Shown here: positions 12,576 through 24,500 of the stretch, one piece after another
Layout: every line of letters starts with the position of its first letter
How positions within the stretch are numbered: the first letter of the stretch is position 1
Origin: Camelus dromedarius
Lineage: Eukaryota
Assembly (NCBI RefSeq): GCF_036321535.1
Contig: NC_087436.1
Coordinates: 52,082,001-52,146,000, forward strand
Reading direction: 5' to 3'
Length of the DNA stretch: 64,000 bases
Program-made: the position numbers and the translations under genes
Notes under the pieces: generated by a model
The model's input: the letters and a program-made list of their open reading frames with translations, nothing else
Database searches by the model: none
What the model was told of the DNA's origin: nothing

Positions 12576-13680
12576 CTTCTCAAAGGGACTGACGAGGTGA
12601 GGCTGGAGGGGAGAGAGAGAACACCAGGCTGTACTGAGAAGAAAGGATATGGCGGTACCATGGTAGGAAATTGGGAGTTTGTCATTTAGGCAAAAGGCAA
12701 CCAGTAATTATTTTTGCGCAGAGAAGGAATAGGGTGGAGGCAATGCTGTAAGAAGATTAGGAAGATCTCAACTTCACAGAAGTGGAAATACAGTTGCTCC
12801 CTTATCAATGATCTGTTTTATATAACACAGAATAATGGAGACAAAGTCCATGCTGGTTTAAGGTTTTTTATTTGTTTTGTTTTGTGGGAGGTTATTTTTT
12901 TTTCCTTTGAGGACTGACAGCTGTGAGTTATAATGAGCTTCCCAAATTTATACATGCATGCTCTCAGCCCGTGGAGAGTAGTAAATGGCTCTTGTTCTTA
13001 CGACACATTTAGGTGGAGAGAAGTGGCGGGGGGAGGGAGGGAAGGGAGGGGACAGCACTACATCAACAATTGAAACTAATGTGGGATCATGAGCCTCCGA
13101 AAAGAATAAGATCAGCAACGATGAAAAGAAAAAAATCGTACACAGGCAGGCACCTCAGCCAGAGACAGTGGTGATCCAGCCCCTCCATGGGGCTTCAGCC
13201 TACCCCTGCTGTGGGGAGACCCAGCCCTTGGTTTGGTTCAGTGGCTCTGAGGTGGTCCAGTCCACAGAGAGCTGTGGAGACAATGCACCTGGGAGAGCGC
13301 AGACATGTCTCTGCGTGTCTCACAGCAGCTCGTCACGTTGCCTGAGAACAGCAAACCTCTACTCAGCCGCAGGGACAACCAGCTCTGTGATTCCTTATTT
13401 GATGTGTTCTTTTAGTTGCATTTCAAGGCATGATATCTCCATCAAATCCCCCCACCCCTTCCCCATCTTGCCTTTTTCATTGCTTGGGGATGGAAGAATC
13501 ATTGGTTCAGAAAGTAGCTTGGCAACCCTCCACTCTAGACAATAGTAGAAAAATCCCCTCTGTGCTATGCCTTCCAGCCTCTGCTCCATGACACAAACCT
13601 TTATTGACTCTCCCTTTTATGTAGACACAGGGGTGCGTGTTATTACAGTTGAGGAAAACTACAGCACAGTAATCCGTCAA

Positions 13681-14570
13681 TACCGTATTTCACCAGTTCT
13701 CAAACGCACTCTTTTCATATTCTAATTTCTCTGAAATTGGCCTGAGTCTCACAGTCGCTAGTCGAACAACAGTCAGACAGTAGTCCTGATACAAGTGTCA
13801 CTGCCTGCTCAGGTGGGGACTTGGTTGCAGCTGTTCATATTGTTGGCTCTGAGTTATGTGCGTTGCTGGAACTGCACAGAAGTTTAACTGCTCTTTACAT
13901 TCTCTTCAAAAATATTATTTGATGTTGAATCCAAATGTTATCATGTGGAAAGGCGCAGAAACAGAACAGTGAGGCCCATTAATTAGAGAAGAGAATATTC
14001 ACTGTTGGAGGACTGTCTGTAATTTCCTATTTTCACACAAAGCAAAAACCGTGTGCTTTATAGGACCTGAAAAATAAAGCTTACCGTAATGTGCTGAAGC
14101 TCGTTATATTTTCTTACCAGCATACAAGCAGACGATTGCCTGTCATGCACCAAGCAAGGAAGTTCAGAAACGAAATTCTGGTTATAATACTGGAGCATGC
14201 TTTTAAAAACACTGCATTATGAACACTTTTGATAACACAGATGATGATATTTGGTGAAAGAACGTTGATGACTCTGACGTTAAAATAGATTCTGATGAGT
14301 CCAACCAAATGGGAGGAAGATTTAGGAATATGATAATCAATATTTCTCTTATGGAGGGAGGGATATAGCCCAGTGGTAGAGTGCATGCTTAGCTGGCCCG
14401 AGGTCCTGGGCTCGATCCCCTGCACCTCCATTAAAAAAATGTGTTTCTCTTATAGAGTATAAAACAGGGATTTTAAGTGATAAGAAAACATTTCATTTTT
14501 AAATTTAATAACACTTAAAATATCGGTGTTCCTTATAATCAGTGGTATCTTAAGGTCATTGAAATATTGC
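13681..14570 (+). mobile_element. Tc1/mariner Tc2-group DNA transposon relic (Kanga/MER104-related), interrupted by a SINE
   Basis: Left end 'taccgtatttcaccagttctcaaacgcac...tctctgaaattgg' and right end 'cttataatcagtggtatcttaaggtcattgaaatattg' resemble MER104/Kanga termini. Confidence 0.65.
14353..14439 (+). mobile_element. tRNA-derived SINE (camelid Vic-1-like)
   Basis: 'ggagggagggatatagcccagtggtagagtgcatgcttagc...aggtcctgggctcgatcccc...cctccattaaaaaaa'; TSD TTTCTCTTAT at 14343-14352 and 14444-14453. Confidence 0.9.
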
Positions 14571-14687
14571 AGTGACACCATGCAACATGCTTTGTAACCC
14601 TCAGGCAGCCCAGCAAAGTGAGATACTGAAACAGCTCCACAGACGAAAGTGTTGAAGTGGCGAGCCCAGCAGCTCAGAAAACTAACA

Positions 14688-15141
14688 CAGGCAGCCCTCC
14701 ACTGACAATGAAGATTTTTTTTTACTTTACAATGGTGAGAAAATGATACATATTGGGGTATTTGGTAGAAACCATATTTCTAATTTTGAGATTTGATCTT
14801 TTTCTGAGCTGCTGGATGTGTGTAATACTCTCTCCTGATGCTGGGCAGTGGCAGCAAACCACAGCTCCCATCAGCCACCTGATCAGAAGGGTGGACCACT
14901 GATACTTTAACACCCACTCCGCACCCATACGGCCATTCTGTTTTTTCACTTTCAGTGCAGTATTCAGTAGATTACATGAGCTCATCAACACTTCATGATA
15001 AAATAGGCTTTGTGTTAGATGATTTGCCCAACCGTAGGTTCATCTAAGTGTTCTGGGCACGTTTAAGGTCGGCAGGGCTAAGCTAATGATGTTCAGCAGG
15101 TTTACCAGGATATAACCCGGTTGTAAATTAAGGAAGATCTG
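14688..15141 (-). mobile_element. Tigger-family non-autonomous element (MER47-like)
   Basis: CAG...CTG ends with a TA on the right; internal 'ataaaataggctttgtgttagatgatttgcccaaccgtagg...gctaagcta' typical of this family. Confidence 0.75.
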
Positions 15142-15719
15142 TAGTGGTTGGGAAACTAAAAATTGGTTAATGGTAGCTGCCGTTTGAACCAGAGTTCAAG
15201 CTGTTTACCCAAAGTAAGCTGCCCCGAGTGAAAAGGATCGTTCATCAAAAAGAAGAAAATAAAGGAAGGACCCAGGGATATGATGAAATAACAGTAGCAA
15301 CTTGGTACCTTGTACTTGGCTTAAATATTTCTAGGGCGACAACACCAGCAGCTCCATTCTGAATGGTTTTCTTATTAGAAATGAATCTTGGTTGTAGTTG
15401 GACAAATAGGCTTCCTTTTCACTTCCCCTCATGCGTTTGCCTTTATCCTGCCCTCCAAAACACAGAGAGAATAAGACAGAGGTCTCGTCCATGAAAGCCT
15501 CTCAGGCACTTGGGAACCGTCATCAGGTGCCAATCTATTTTGTTTCCTGGACCAAATTGCCACTGTTTTTCTCATAAAACATGCTTTTAAGGCCTAACTA
15601 AGTGTTTACCATATTCATTTAGGGTATTCTGTTTTGCTGGTTTGTGTTTAAAAACAAGGATTTCAGAGTGAACTGTTGCAAACAAGAACTGTTCCATTAG
15701 GAGTTTCAGCACAGACATC

Positions 15720-15960
15720 AGAAACGTTGAGTCTGTTGTCAACTGTAAGTTCCGGGACCTGTCCACGGTAGGGATAATGAACCCCGGCTCCCCTTATCCT
15801 GCGTTGCTTACCAGCACGGACAGGTTGCTTACCCTTCCTCAAATCCTCATTGGGAAAATGATGATTAATGATTGCACCCTCCTCCCCTGATTATTTGAGG
15901 ATTAATTGAACTTAAGTATATAAAATGCTTAGAAATATTTGACATATTTTAAGGACTCAA
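15720..15960 (+). mobile_element. MIR SINE relic
   Basis: Degenerate MIR core 'ggacaggttgcttacccttcctcaaatcctcattgggaaaatg...tgaggattaattga'. Confidence 0.5.
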
Positions 15961-15969
15961 AATGTCCGT

Positions 15970-16108
15970 TTGTGTGTGTGTGCATGTCTATGTGTGAGTG
16001 TGTGTGCATTTGCATGCATCTGTGTGTGCATGTGAGTGTGTGTGTCTGCGTGTGTATGTGTATTGTGCGTGTGTATGTGCACGTGTGTGTGTCCGTGTGT
16101 GTGTGAGT
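15970..16108. repeat. Degenerate (TG)n microsatellite
   Basis: About 140 nt of alternating purine-pyrimidine TG/CA/TA units. Confidence 0.9.
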
Positions 16109-16144
16109 GAGTAGAACTCAAATCACCGAGTAATAAATCTAAAG

Positions 16145-16558
16145 GGTTATTTCCTAGGGCTGCCGTAACAGAGTTCTACTAAAACAACAGAAATTTGTTT
16201 CACAGCTCTGGAGGCTAGCAGTCTGAAATCAGGGTGCTGGCAGGGCCATCTAGAACCTCTAAGAGAGGTCCCTTGCCTGTCGCTTCCAGCTTCTGGTAGC
16301 CCCAGGCCTTCCTTGGCTTGTGGCATCGTGACTCCCATCTCTGCCTCTGTCCTTGCGTGGCTTCTGTGTCTCTGTCCAAATGTTCCTCTTCTTATAAGGA
16401 CACCAGTTATGTTGGATTGGGGCTCACCCCAATGGAGTATGACTTCATACTAACCTGACTACATCTGCAAAAACCCTATTTCCAAATAAAGTTGCATTCA
16501 TAGGTACCAAGGGTTAGAACATCAGCATAATTTGGGAGGGACACTATTCAACTCATTA
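16145..16558 (-). mobile_element. MaLR solo LTR (MLT1C/D-like)
   Basis: 'tcctagggctgccgtaaca...cacagctctggaggctag...ttcttataaggacaccagt...acatctgcaaaaaccctatttccaaataa'. Confidence 0.85.
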
Positions 16559-19500
16559 TGTCTAGTAACAGAGTTCAAAACAGAAAACCCAGGTGTCCCA
16601 GAAGCAAGTAGAGGACAGTGATGGGGGAGGGCGGGATGTGCGCTTTAAGAACAGGTGATGTTTTCAGATTTGACCAGTGAGTAGATACTAGGAGTTTCTG
16701 TGAATGAATGATACAGCCGAGATTAAACCTCTGGGCTAAGATAAGGGAAAATAAGATTTCACTTCCTCCCGGGCAAATTTGGATGCACATCCTAGAGGGC
16801 CTGTGGTACTGAACCTACTTAGATATCAGCTGTAAACCAGAAGGTGGCACCGAGGCTCCTGTTCACTTGTGGTAGTGCCTTTGCTCAAATGTGGAATAAA
16901 TAACATCTTGACAACTTGGAAGTGTTAATATAGTTTTAATAGCCTTCATAAAAGCAGCATTGTAGATGTCAATTGCCTGGCCAATTTCCAACACACGCAG
17001 TTAGATTTTGCTTATGTAAGATGTGTCTGAAGCCTCCTGGGGAAGAGAATGTGTTTTCTGGATGAAAATACTTAACTAAGAATTTGCTCTGTGTGGTCAT
17101 TAGGCATTGTCTGCTCTTGAGAGCTCCACTGGCAGATAAGTATGAGTTGGTTAGGTGTGTGAAAGGTTTAAACATACTGTGAATAAAAGGTGCATCATAA
17201 TTGGAGGTTTATCATGATCATTTGTCTGTTGGTACCATCCTTATTTCCAGTGTAACCAGTCTTGATTTCCCAAATATAGGATTCTGAATGCAAGTAAGAA
17301 GCAATGTGACTGAAATACTGAGAAATTCATCCCTTTTGTATGTTAGTCCAAAAGTCTTTTGTAAATACCATGTTAATGACAACTGAAGAAGGAGAAATTT
17401 GGAAAGTGTGCTTAACCTAGAATTGTCTAATCCTTACAGGAATTTGAATCAACGAAGATTAGATCATCTGCTAAGTGGGTTTTTATGTCGTTGTTTCGTC
17501 TCCAGGTTTCCATGCCTTTCTAACACTTGATCTTTGTATGAAACTTGCTGCCATCTTCAGAGACATGAGTCATGGTACTTAAAATGTTTTCCCCATATTT
17601 GAGACATCATCGGATACGGGAGGAGAAGAGCAGAGTCTTGGCAGTCACAGTTCGCACATTCTAGACTTGACCTTTCACAGCAGTTCATCTCGTGTATTAA
17701 TTTAGCTTCTGCACTAGGCTCATAGACCTCAGCATCTGAATTTCATTTCAGCTTCTTTCTTTTTTAAGTACTGTGTGTGTTTATCTGCATATCTGTGTGT
17801 GTATGTCCAGTATGTGTATATATTTTTTTAACGAAAAAAAGATGTCCGTGAAAAGACAGCCAATTCCGATGAAAGTAAGAAGTGATGAGGTGATGACTTG
17901 GAGCCAGAGAGAAAGGCTTTAGACAGACTAAAGAATAGAATGCCATACCCCTCAGGGATTTGGGTCTTCACTATATGTAAGTCCATCGGAAGTTCTGGTC
18001 ACATACCAGATAAAGTGAACATTTCACTATTTCAGTGAGTTTTCCAGTTCTTGCTAACATTGCTCAAATGAGAACTTAGAACTCGACCAAAGGCACTCAG
18101 AAGCCTACTGAGATGATTTTTGAGTTAAACCAAAATAGAAGAATTTTAATCTTTTTTTTTTAATGCACAAACCCCAGTTTGTGGTTGCCTAGAATGCTGG
18201 AATATTTTTCCCACCCCCATTCCTTTTGATGATAGACTTTATTAATGGGAGGGGGCACATGATGCAGGACTCCAGGGCTGTTTTGCTGGGTTGGTGGATC
18301 CACCTCTTAAGTCAGCATGCTGACAGGGTGCAATTTGGAGGATGCTTGGAGTAAGGCTTAACTTCAGTTGCAGAAAATAAGACCCATGTGCAGAGAGAAG
18401 CTGATATGAGAGTGAAACTTGGGGAGGCTTCGTTTAAGCCCAGATTCATTTATGCCTGAAGTCAGTGCTTACTGACTTTATTTATGGGAAAATAACATGC
18501 TTAGTAATATTCGTGAATTACAGGATTTTCCAAGATCTTAGGAGCAGATCCTTCATGTGGCTTAAAGTTTCTGTGGTGAAATATACTCTCCCACTTCTGT
18601 GCTGATAAGATTTAGACTTCGTTGCTATCTTTGAAGCTTTGTTTCATTTTAAATATATTGTATGTACAAACAGTGGACAGCATTGTGTGCATCAATTAAT
18701 AATTCAGAAGCACGTGAATGTTTAACTACTTTAATAATGAATGTCAGTTAAGGGCCTTTATAAATGATGGAAATTCAAAAGCATGGAAATAAAAACATGC
18801 AACTCAACACCAAAATAGTAATTTCTGTATAATTTATTCATATGTAATTTCTATTTTAAATATTTCTGCAGTTATTTTTTTCTGATTCAGTCATGTTGTG
18901 GGAAAAGAGGGGAACAAGAAAGCAGCATGACCTTGCTTGCACGTTACATCCCCAGATGTAAAGCTGGGAACGTCAGCTACCCATTACCTAGCATTAAATA
19001 AAAGAAGGTAGCTTTTAATATAAGATATACAGAACTCTTTATGCAGACTGATGCTTCTGATATTTTAACTTGGAAGTATTATTGTAGTCATTTATTGAGA
19101 AGTGGGGATGGGGTGGGGGGGCTTCCATCAGGTGGAGCTGAAGAGAGCTGGGGTGTCACAGAGAGAGGGCGCTTACCCTACCCTGAGTCGCTGGCCTGGG
19201 CCAGTTACTGCAGCGACCTCCTCATCCAATCATCGTCCTTGCTCTGTACACTAGGGACTTGAGGCTTAGAGAGGTGGAGTGACTCACCAGAGGTCAGTTA
19301 GAATAGCTTTCTCTTGCCCAAATTCCTTCAATGGCTCCTCTTTGGGTGGATGAAGTTCAAACTGCATAACTTGGATGACAGAACTGTTATTCTCTGGCCC
19401 TTGTTAATTTTTACAGCTTCATCTCTTTTCATTCGTTACCTCAGCTCCAGGTTTACAGCTCTTTTCACTGGCTGAAATTTGCCACAAGTTGCTTCTTCTG

Positions 19501-20401
19501 CTGTGAGCCACATCCCTGCCATGCTGTGACTAACTCCTCTTCCTTCTCCAGGTTTTGGCATGAGGAGTGCATCCTTCAGCAAACTTCACCAGGTCTACCA
19601 TGCCCATTGCCCTGTTCATCCATCCATTCAGGAGATATTTACTGAGGAGCACTGTCCTAGGAATATAACAGTGAACAAAGGAGTAAATCTCTGCCTTCAT
19701 GGCTTTTGCTCCAATGTTATTACTTACTAAGTTCAGTGTCCCTCATTAAATGCATGGGAGCATTGATTATGTCTAACTTGTTCTGTTACATTCTGATCTA
19801 ACAGGATGGGATATTGTAGCAATGTTGAGGCTTTGATTTTTATTGAATCAAAGTACAAATGAATGGCTTCACTCATTTCATTTACAATGGTTCATGCAAA
19901 AGTATAAGAACTTTCTGTTTGGCCCCTTTTACCTTTTCACACTGCCACCTTCCCAATACCAGACCCCATTGTCCGGTGACTGTGTTATTACAGTGAACCT
20001 CTAATTGGACTCAACCTTGCTTTCAATCTTTCTACACCATTGAATTCTCCATACAGCTGCCAGATTTATCTTCTTACATGACTGGGACTGTTCTCCTTCT
20101 CCATAAAACATCTCATACTGAAATCCAAGTCTCTTCAAAATCTAATGGCATCTTTCTTCTCTAATCTCTTGCTATTTCACATACACCTTTTAATCAATCC
20201 AATGTTTTTTTTTTTCAATCTCCTTATTCTGGTTCATTTGCACCTTCCAACTTAAAGATCTCTTTCTCTTATTCTCAGTTTATTAAAAATTTTATCAACA
20301 TTGCAAGTCACTTCCTACTTCCTTTCAGTGAAGTCTTATTTGATAACATCAGCCAGTCTTCATTCCCATAATTTCTGATTTTCTGTAAGACTTCTGTCTA
20401 T

Positions 20402-20460
20402 TTCAGTAGTATTCATAAACAAGTTTTAAGCAGCAGAATCCAGCTTTAACCTTTACCCCA

Positions 20461-20511
<51 letters not shown>

Positions 20512-20620
20512 GAGACCTTTCATGGACCTCCAAGGGATAAAAATGATAAAATTAGAGCTTGTCGTAATAATGACCCTTAACAATCCTCATGTACCCTTTG
20601 GCTCTGCAGAACAAATTTGA
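20402..20620. mobile_element. hAT/Charlie-type MITE relic containing a microsatellite
   Basis: Shares 'ttttaagcagca' and 'ataaaa...agagct' blocks with the element at 58810. Confidence 0.4.
20461..20514. repeat. Compound (AC)n(AG)n microsatellite
   Basis: acacacacacac followed by about 14 AG units and degenerate AAAG/AG units. Confidence 0.95.
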
Positions 20621-21196
20621 AGACAATGTGTGAGCTCAGCCACACTAGTCTTTGCAGGGTCTTACTCTAAGCAAAGGCAAGGTTGAAAATGGCCAGGATG
20701 ACTCAGCACTGCCGAGAGGAAAATTACTTATTCATGAAACAGAAGGAAAGGACATACTGGCCATGCCGGCCTCAGCAAACATTTCAAGCCTCATGTTTTT
20801 AGCTTCTAAACACTCACCAGGAAACAGCCGTAGGACACAGAGAGTGGAGTCCAATTTTATTCCTTTCTCTATTTCTGTGACATTGGAAGTGTTAGGGAGT
20901 CTTGGGACTAGACCCCTCTGAAACTTTTTTAGCCATTCACATTTCGTATGTCCAGAGGCCACAGAGTGAAGCCCTTGGTCAAAATTCAGAGTGTCTTCTT
21001 GTTGCTGAAAGGTCAAATCTGTAGCAGTTAATCAGTTAGAAGCCCCATTTGTCCCTACTCATATGTGTAAGTCTTATATCCCAAGGATACTTTATATTTC
21101 TTAAGGGAATTAATTGTATTTATATTCCTTTAGCATAAAATTATATATTATGCTTTAATTATTTCACATTTATATAAGTTTGAAAGAATAATGACT

Positions 21197-21537
21197 GTTT
21201 CATTGAAGTATGGTCAGTGTACAGTGTTGTCAATTTCTGGTACACAGCATAATGTTTCAGTCATACATATGCATATGTATATTCCTTTTCATGTTCTTTT
21301 TCATTATAGGTTACTACAAGATGTTGAATGTAATTCCCTGTGCTGTACAGTAGAAACTTGTTGTTTATTTTATATGTAGTCGTTAATATCTACAAATTTT
21401 GAATTTCCTACTCCCTTTTCCCCCGGTAACCATAAGTTTGTTTTCTGTCTGTGAGTCTGTTTCTGTTTTGTAAATAAGTTAATTTGTGTCTTTTTTTTTT
21501 TTTTAGATTCCACATATAAGTGGTATCATATAGTGTT
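21197..21537 (-). mobile_element. 5'-truncated L1 3' end (same family as the 8734 copy)
   Basis: Reverse complement matches the 8734 copy ('ttttcattataggttactacaag'); flanking direct repeat AATAATGACT at 21187-21196 and 21538-21547. Confidence 0.88.
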
Positions 21538-24500
21538 AATAATGACTAGTTTTCAATTGTCCATAGTACCTATCACATAGGAGGTACTTACTACCTGCTA
21601 ACTAAGGCTGAATAAAATATCCCAAAATATGAAGTTAGCCATTATTTAGGATTATAGATGATTTGTCCTGTCTGAACTATGACTCCCTATAAAAAGTGTC
21701 AAACCATGATAGGAGAACCCAAGTGTTATTTTGTAAAATGTAGTTCAATTTGTGACATGACTAATAACAAAGAGGTTTCATATTTAAAGACAGCTTATAT
21801 ATTAAGAATTTAAATTTTGTTTAAAATACATTAAATAAGGAATATAGAAGATGGAGAGATTTCTGGGAAATTTAATGAAATGAGGAAATGCAACCTGAAA
21901 TTATGTGATTTTATAAAACAAACTTTTTCCTAGTAAAAATCACCTAGTTTAATAACCTACCAAACACATTATGAACATGTTATTCAGGGTTGTTTTGTTT
22001 TGTCTTGTTTTGTATTTTGTCAAGGGAAAGAAAAAGAGTTGGTTGATAATTCTGATTGGTCTTTTTAGCAATTCAAATATATAACAAACATTCATCATTT
22101 TTAATTGATGAGAATTAAACTAAATTTAAAACTATGATTACAAATGAATCACAAGTTATCATGAGTTATCAGCAGGTATTCTCTGTTTTCCAAACACCTG
22201 CATTAATTTGCCACAATCACTCACCTATACGCCATATATAACATGTTAGGAAAACATGATTTTTGCATAACTTAATTGGATATGTGTCAAATGCTGAAGA
22301 AACAAGAAACATGAGACGTGATGAATGTTCAAATTGGAGACAAGCACATATGTAAATGTTGAGAATCTACAAAGACTTTCTTGATGCTATGATTTCAGTC
22401 AGTTTGGGTAATTGTAACCCCTGCTTATATCACAAAGATGAACAAAATTGTTGGTTTGTATCACTGTGGATGGAATATAATCAGCTCTATATGAGAAGTC
22501 TTCAATTGAGTGAATATTAGTTCTGACATAGAAATTTTAAATAACGTAGTACAAGTTTTGAACATTTTAAATTGATGCCCCTTCTGGATAAACAGAACAA
22601 TCTTAAACCTTTTTTTACTATAACTTGAAATTTCAAACTAAAAACATCATTACTAAAAGTAAATATGAAGTATCTGTAATTTGACATTTATTTTTAGAAA
22701 AACCATATATGTTCCTCCCTCTGTTAAGAAATTTGACAGATAGTAAACAGACAATGAAATGACTTGCCCGTATGGGAGACCTAAGTCTTAAACCCATCTT
22801 TCTTGACTATGAGTCAGTGTTCAGAAGTTTCAGGATGTAGAGGGAAATACTCTGATGTCAGGAAGCCAATAATTTTTAATACCATTTTGTGTATGTATGT
22901 CTACTCAAGTATGCCCTAAAGTCCTTGAGACTGAGTTCCATGCCTTCTATTTCATCATTGTCCCAGTATAATTGAACACAAGTAAAAATTAATCTTTGAT
23001 GTTATTTATTTATTACTTTAATACAGTGCATTTAGTAAACGTGTTTCAATGTTTTATTCATTTTTTTCCAGATATTCTGGAATATCTGCTTAATGAAAGA
23101 TAGACAGGAAAAGGATAGATATATTAAGGAAATCTTGGCAGAATTAAAAAATAGGCTTATTGCATTTGTCAGAATTATTTTCCAGGAGATATTTTTTTCT
23201 TAACTAACTTTCAAATGAGTGTGTTCTAACATGTCTGTGTGGTTCATATATTTTTTCAATAATTGCTCAATTAAGAATTAAAAATGCCATTTCCAAATAT
23301 GCCTCCTACAACAAACAAACATTTTTACTGATGAAATGGTAGCATATAATCAGCTTAATCCTTCTCCCCATCAGCTCATTTGAGTATTATCTTTTAGGAA
23401 TAGCACTTATTACTAGCAGACATAAATAGAACCGACTACTTGAAAGTCAACGATGGGTAGAAACCCTTGTACTAATATTCCCACTGCCTGTAATTGTCAA
23501 ACTAGTGATAACTATGTGGACTTTAGAATTAAATATCATTAGCTTGCTCTCCTTAAGTTTTTGAAATATTAAAAACAAAATAATCTTTTAAATTGTCAGA
23601 ATTTGAAGAGTACCATAAGTACAAGAGGTGACTCACTTTTGTCCTACTTAGAAGATTTTTCTTAACTGAGTTTTCCAGAAATCTAAGAAGAGGTTTTTTT
23701 TAAATCCATTTGGTGAAATACCTTACATTTCTTCTATTTACTAAGTCACTTTCGGCTTTTAAAACATGACTATCGTTACACAGCGAAGGAGCAGAGCGCT
23801 CTTGTAAATGAGCTTTGCTACAAAAGAAAATGAGACTGACTGGAAGCTCGTCGTGCTGCTGCTCTCCAAAAGGGTGGTAATATCACTAAAGCCATTTGGA
23901 GGCATTTTCGCTCGTAGCAAATGGAAATTGCGGAGCATGAGACCTGGTGTATTTGATTTCAACCTTAACAGCTTTCAACATATGATATCATGCATTTGGA
24001 GGAATAGTGGAAGAAAATAAAACAATTTTTATATGTTTTATTTATGTCCACATTGACTACAGATCCTTAGACCATCTATCTAAATCTGGCAAAGCTGTTT
24101 CTTAGGGAGCTGACTTCCGGAACAGCCACCACAGCTACCCTTTCATCTTGTGTCAGGCATTCCATGTGCCACAGTGAGTGTGCTGAGCTCTTTTCTCCCT
24201 TATATTATTTCATTTAATTGAAACAACACTTATTTTTAAGAGGTGTATTATGAAGCTCCTTATAGATGAGGCATCTGAGGCTTCCTACAAAGATTAAGTA
24301 TTTTTTTCGAGTTAGACAAGTGGAGATTTACAGGGCAACATGATCAAAGCCTAAAGAATTGTAGTGAAAAAGAATAGAGTGTGACTGTGTAAGGAGAGTG
24401 GGAACAGCAGATGGGAAAAGCCCATGCTTTCTTGAGATGGCAAAGCTGATTCAGGGAGAATTAATAAGAAAATGATTAAGTAAAAAGCCCCAGCTTACTG

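Noticed and set aside
15805..15825. REST/NRSE-like half site (cacggacag)
   Set aside because: The left half does not match TTCAGCACC, and it lies within a MIR relic.
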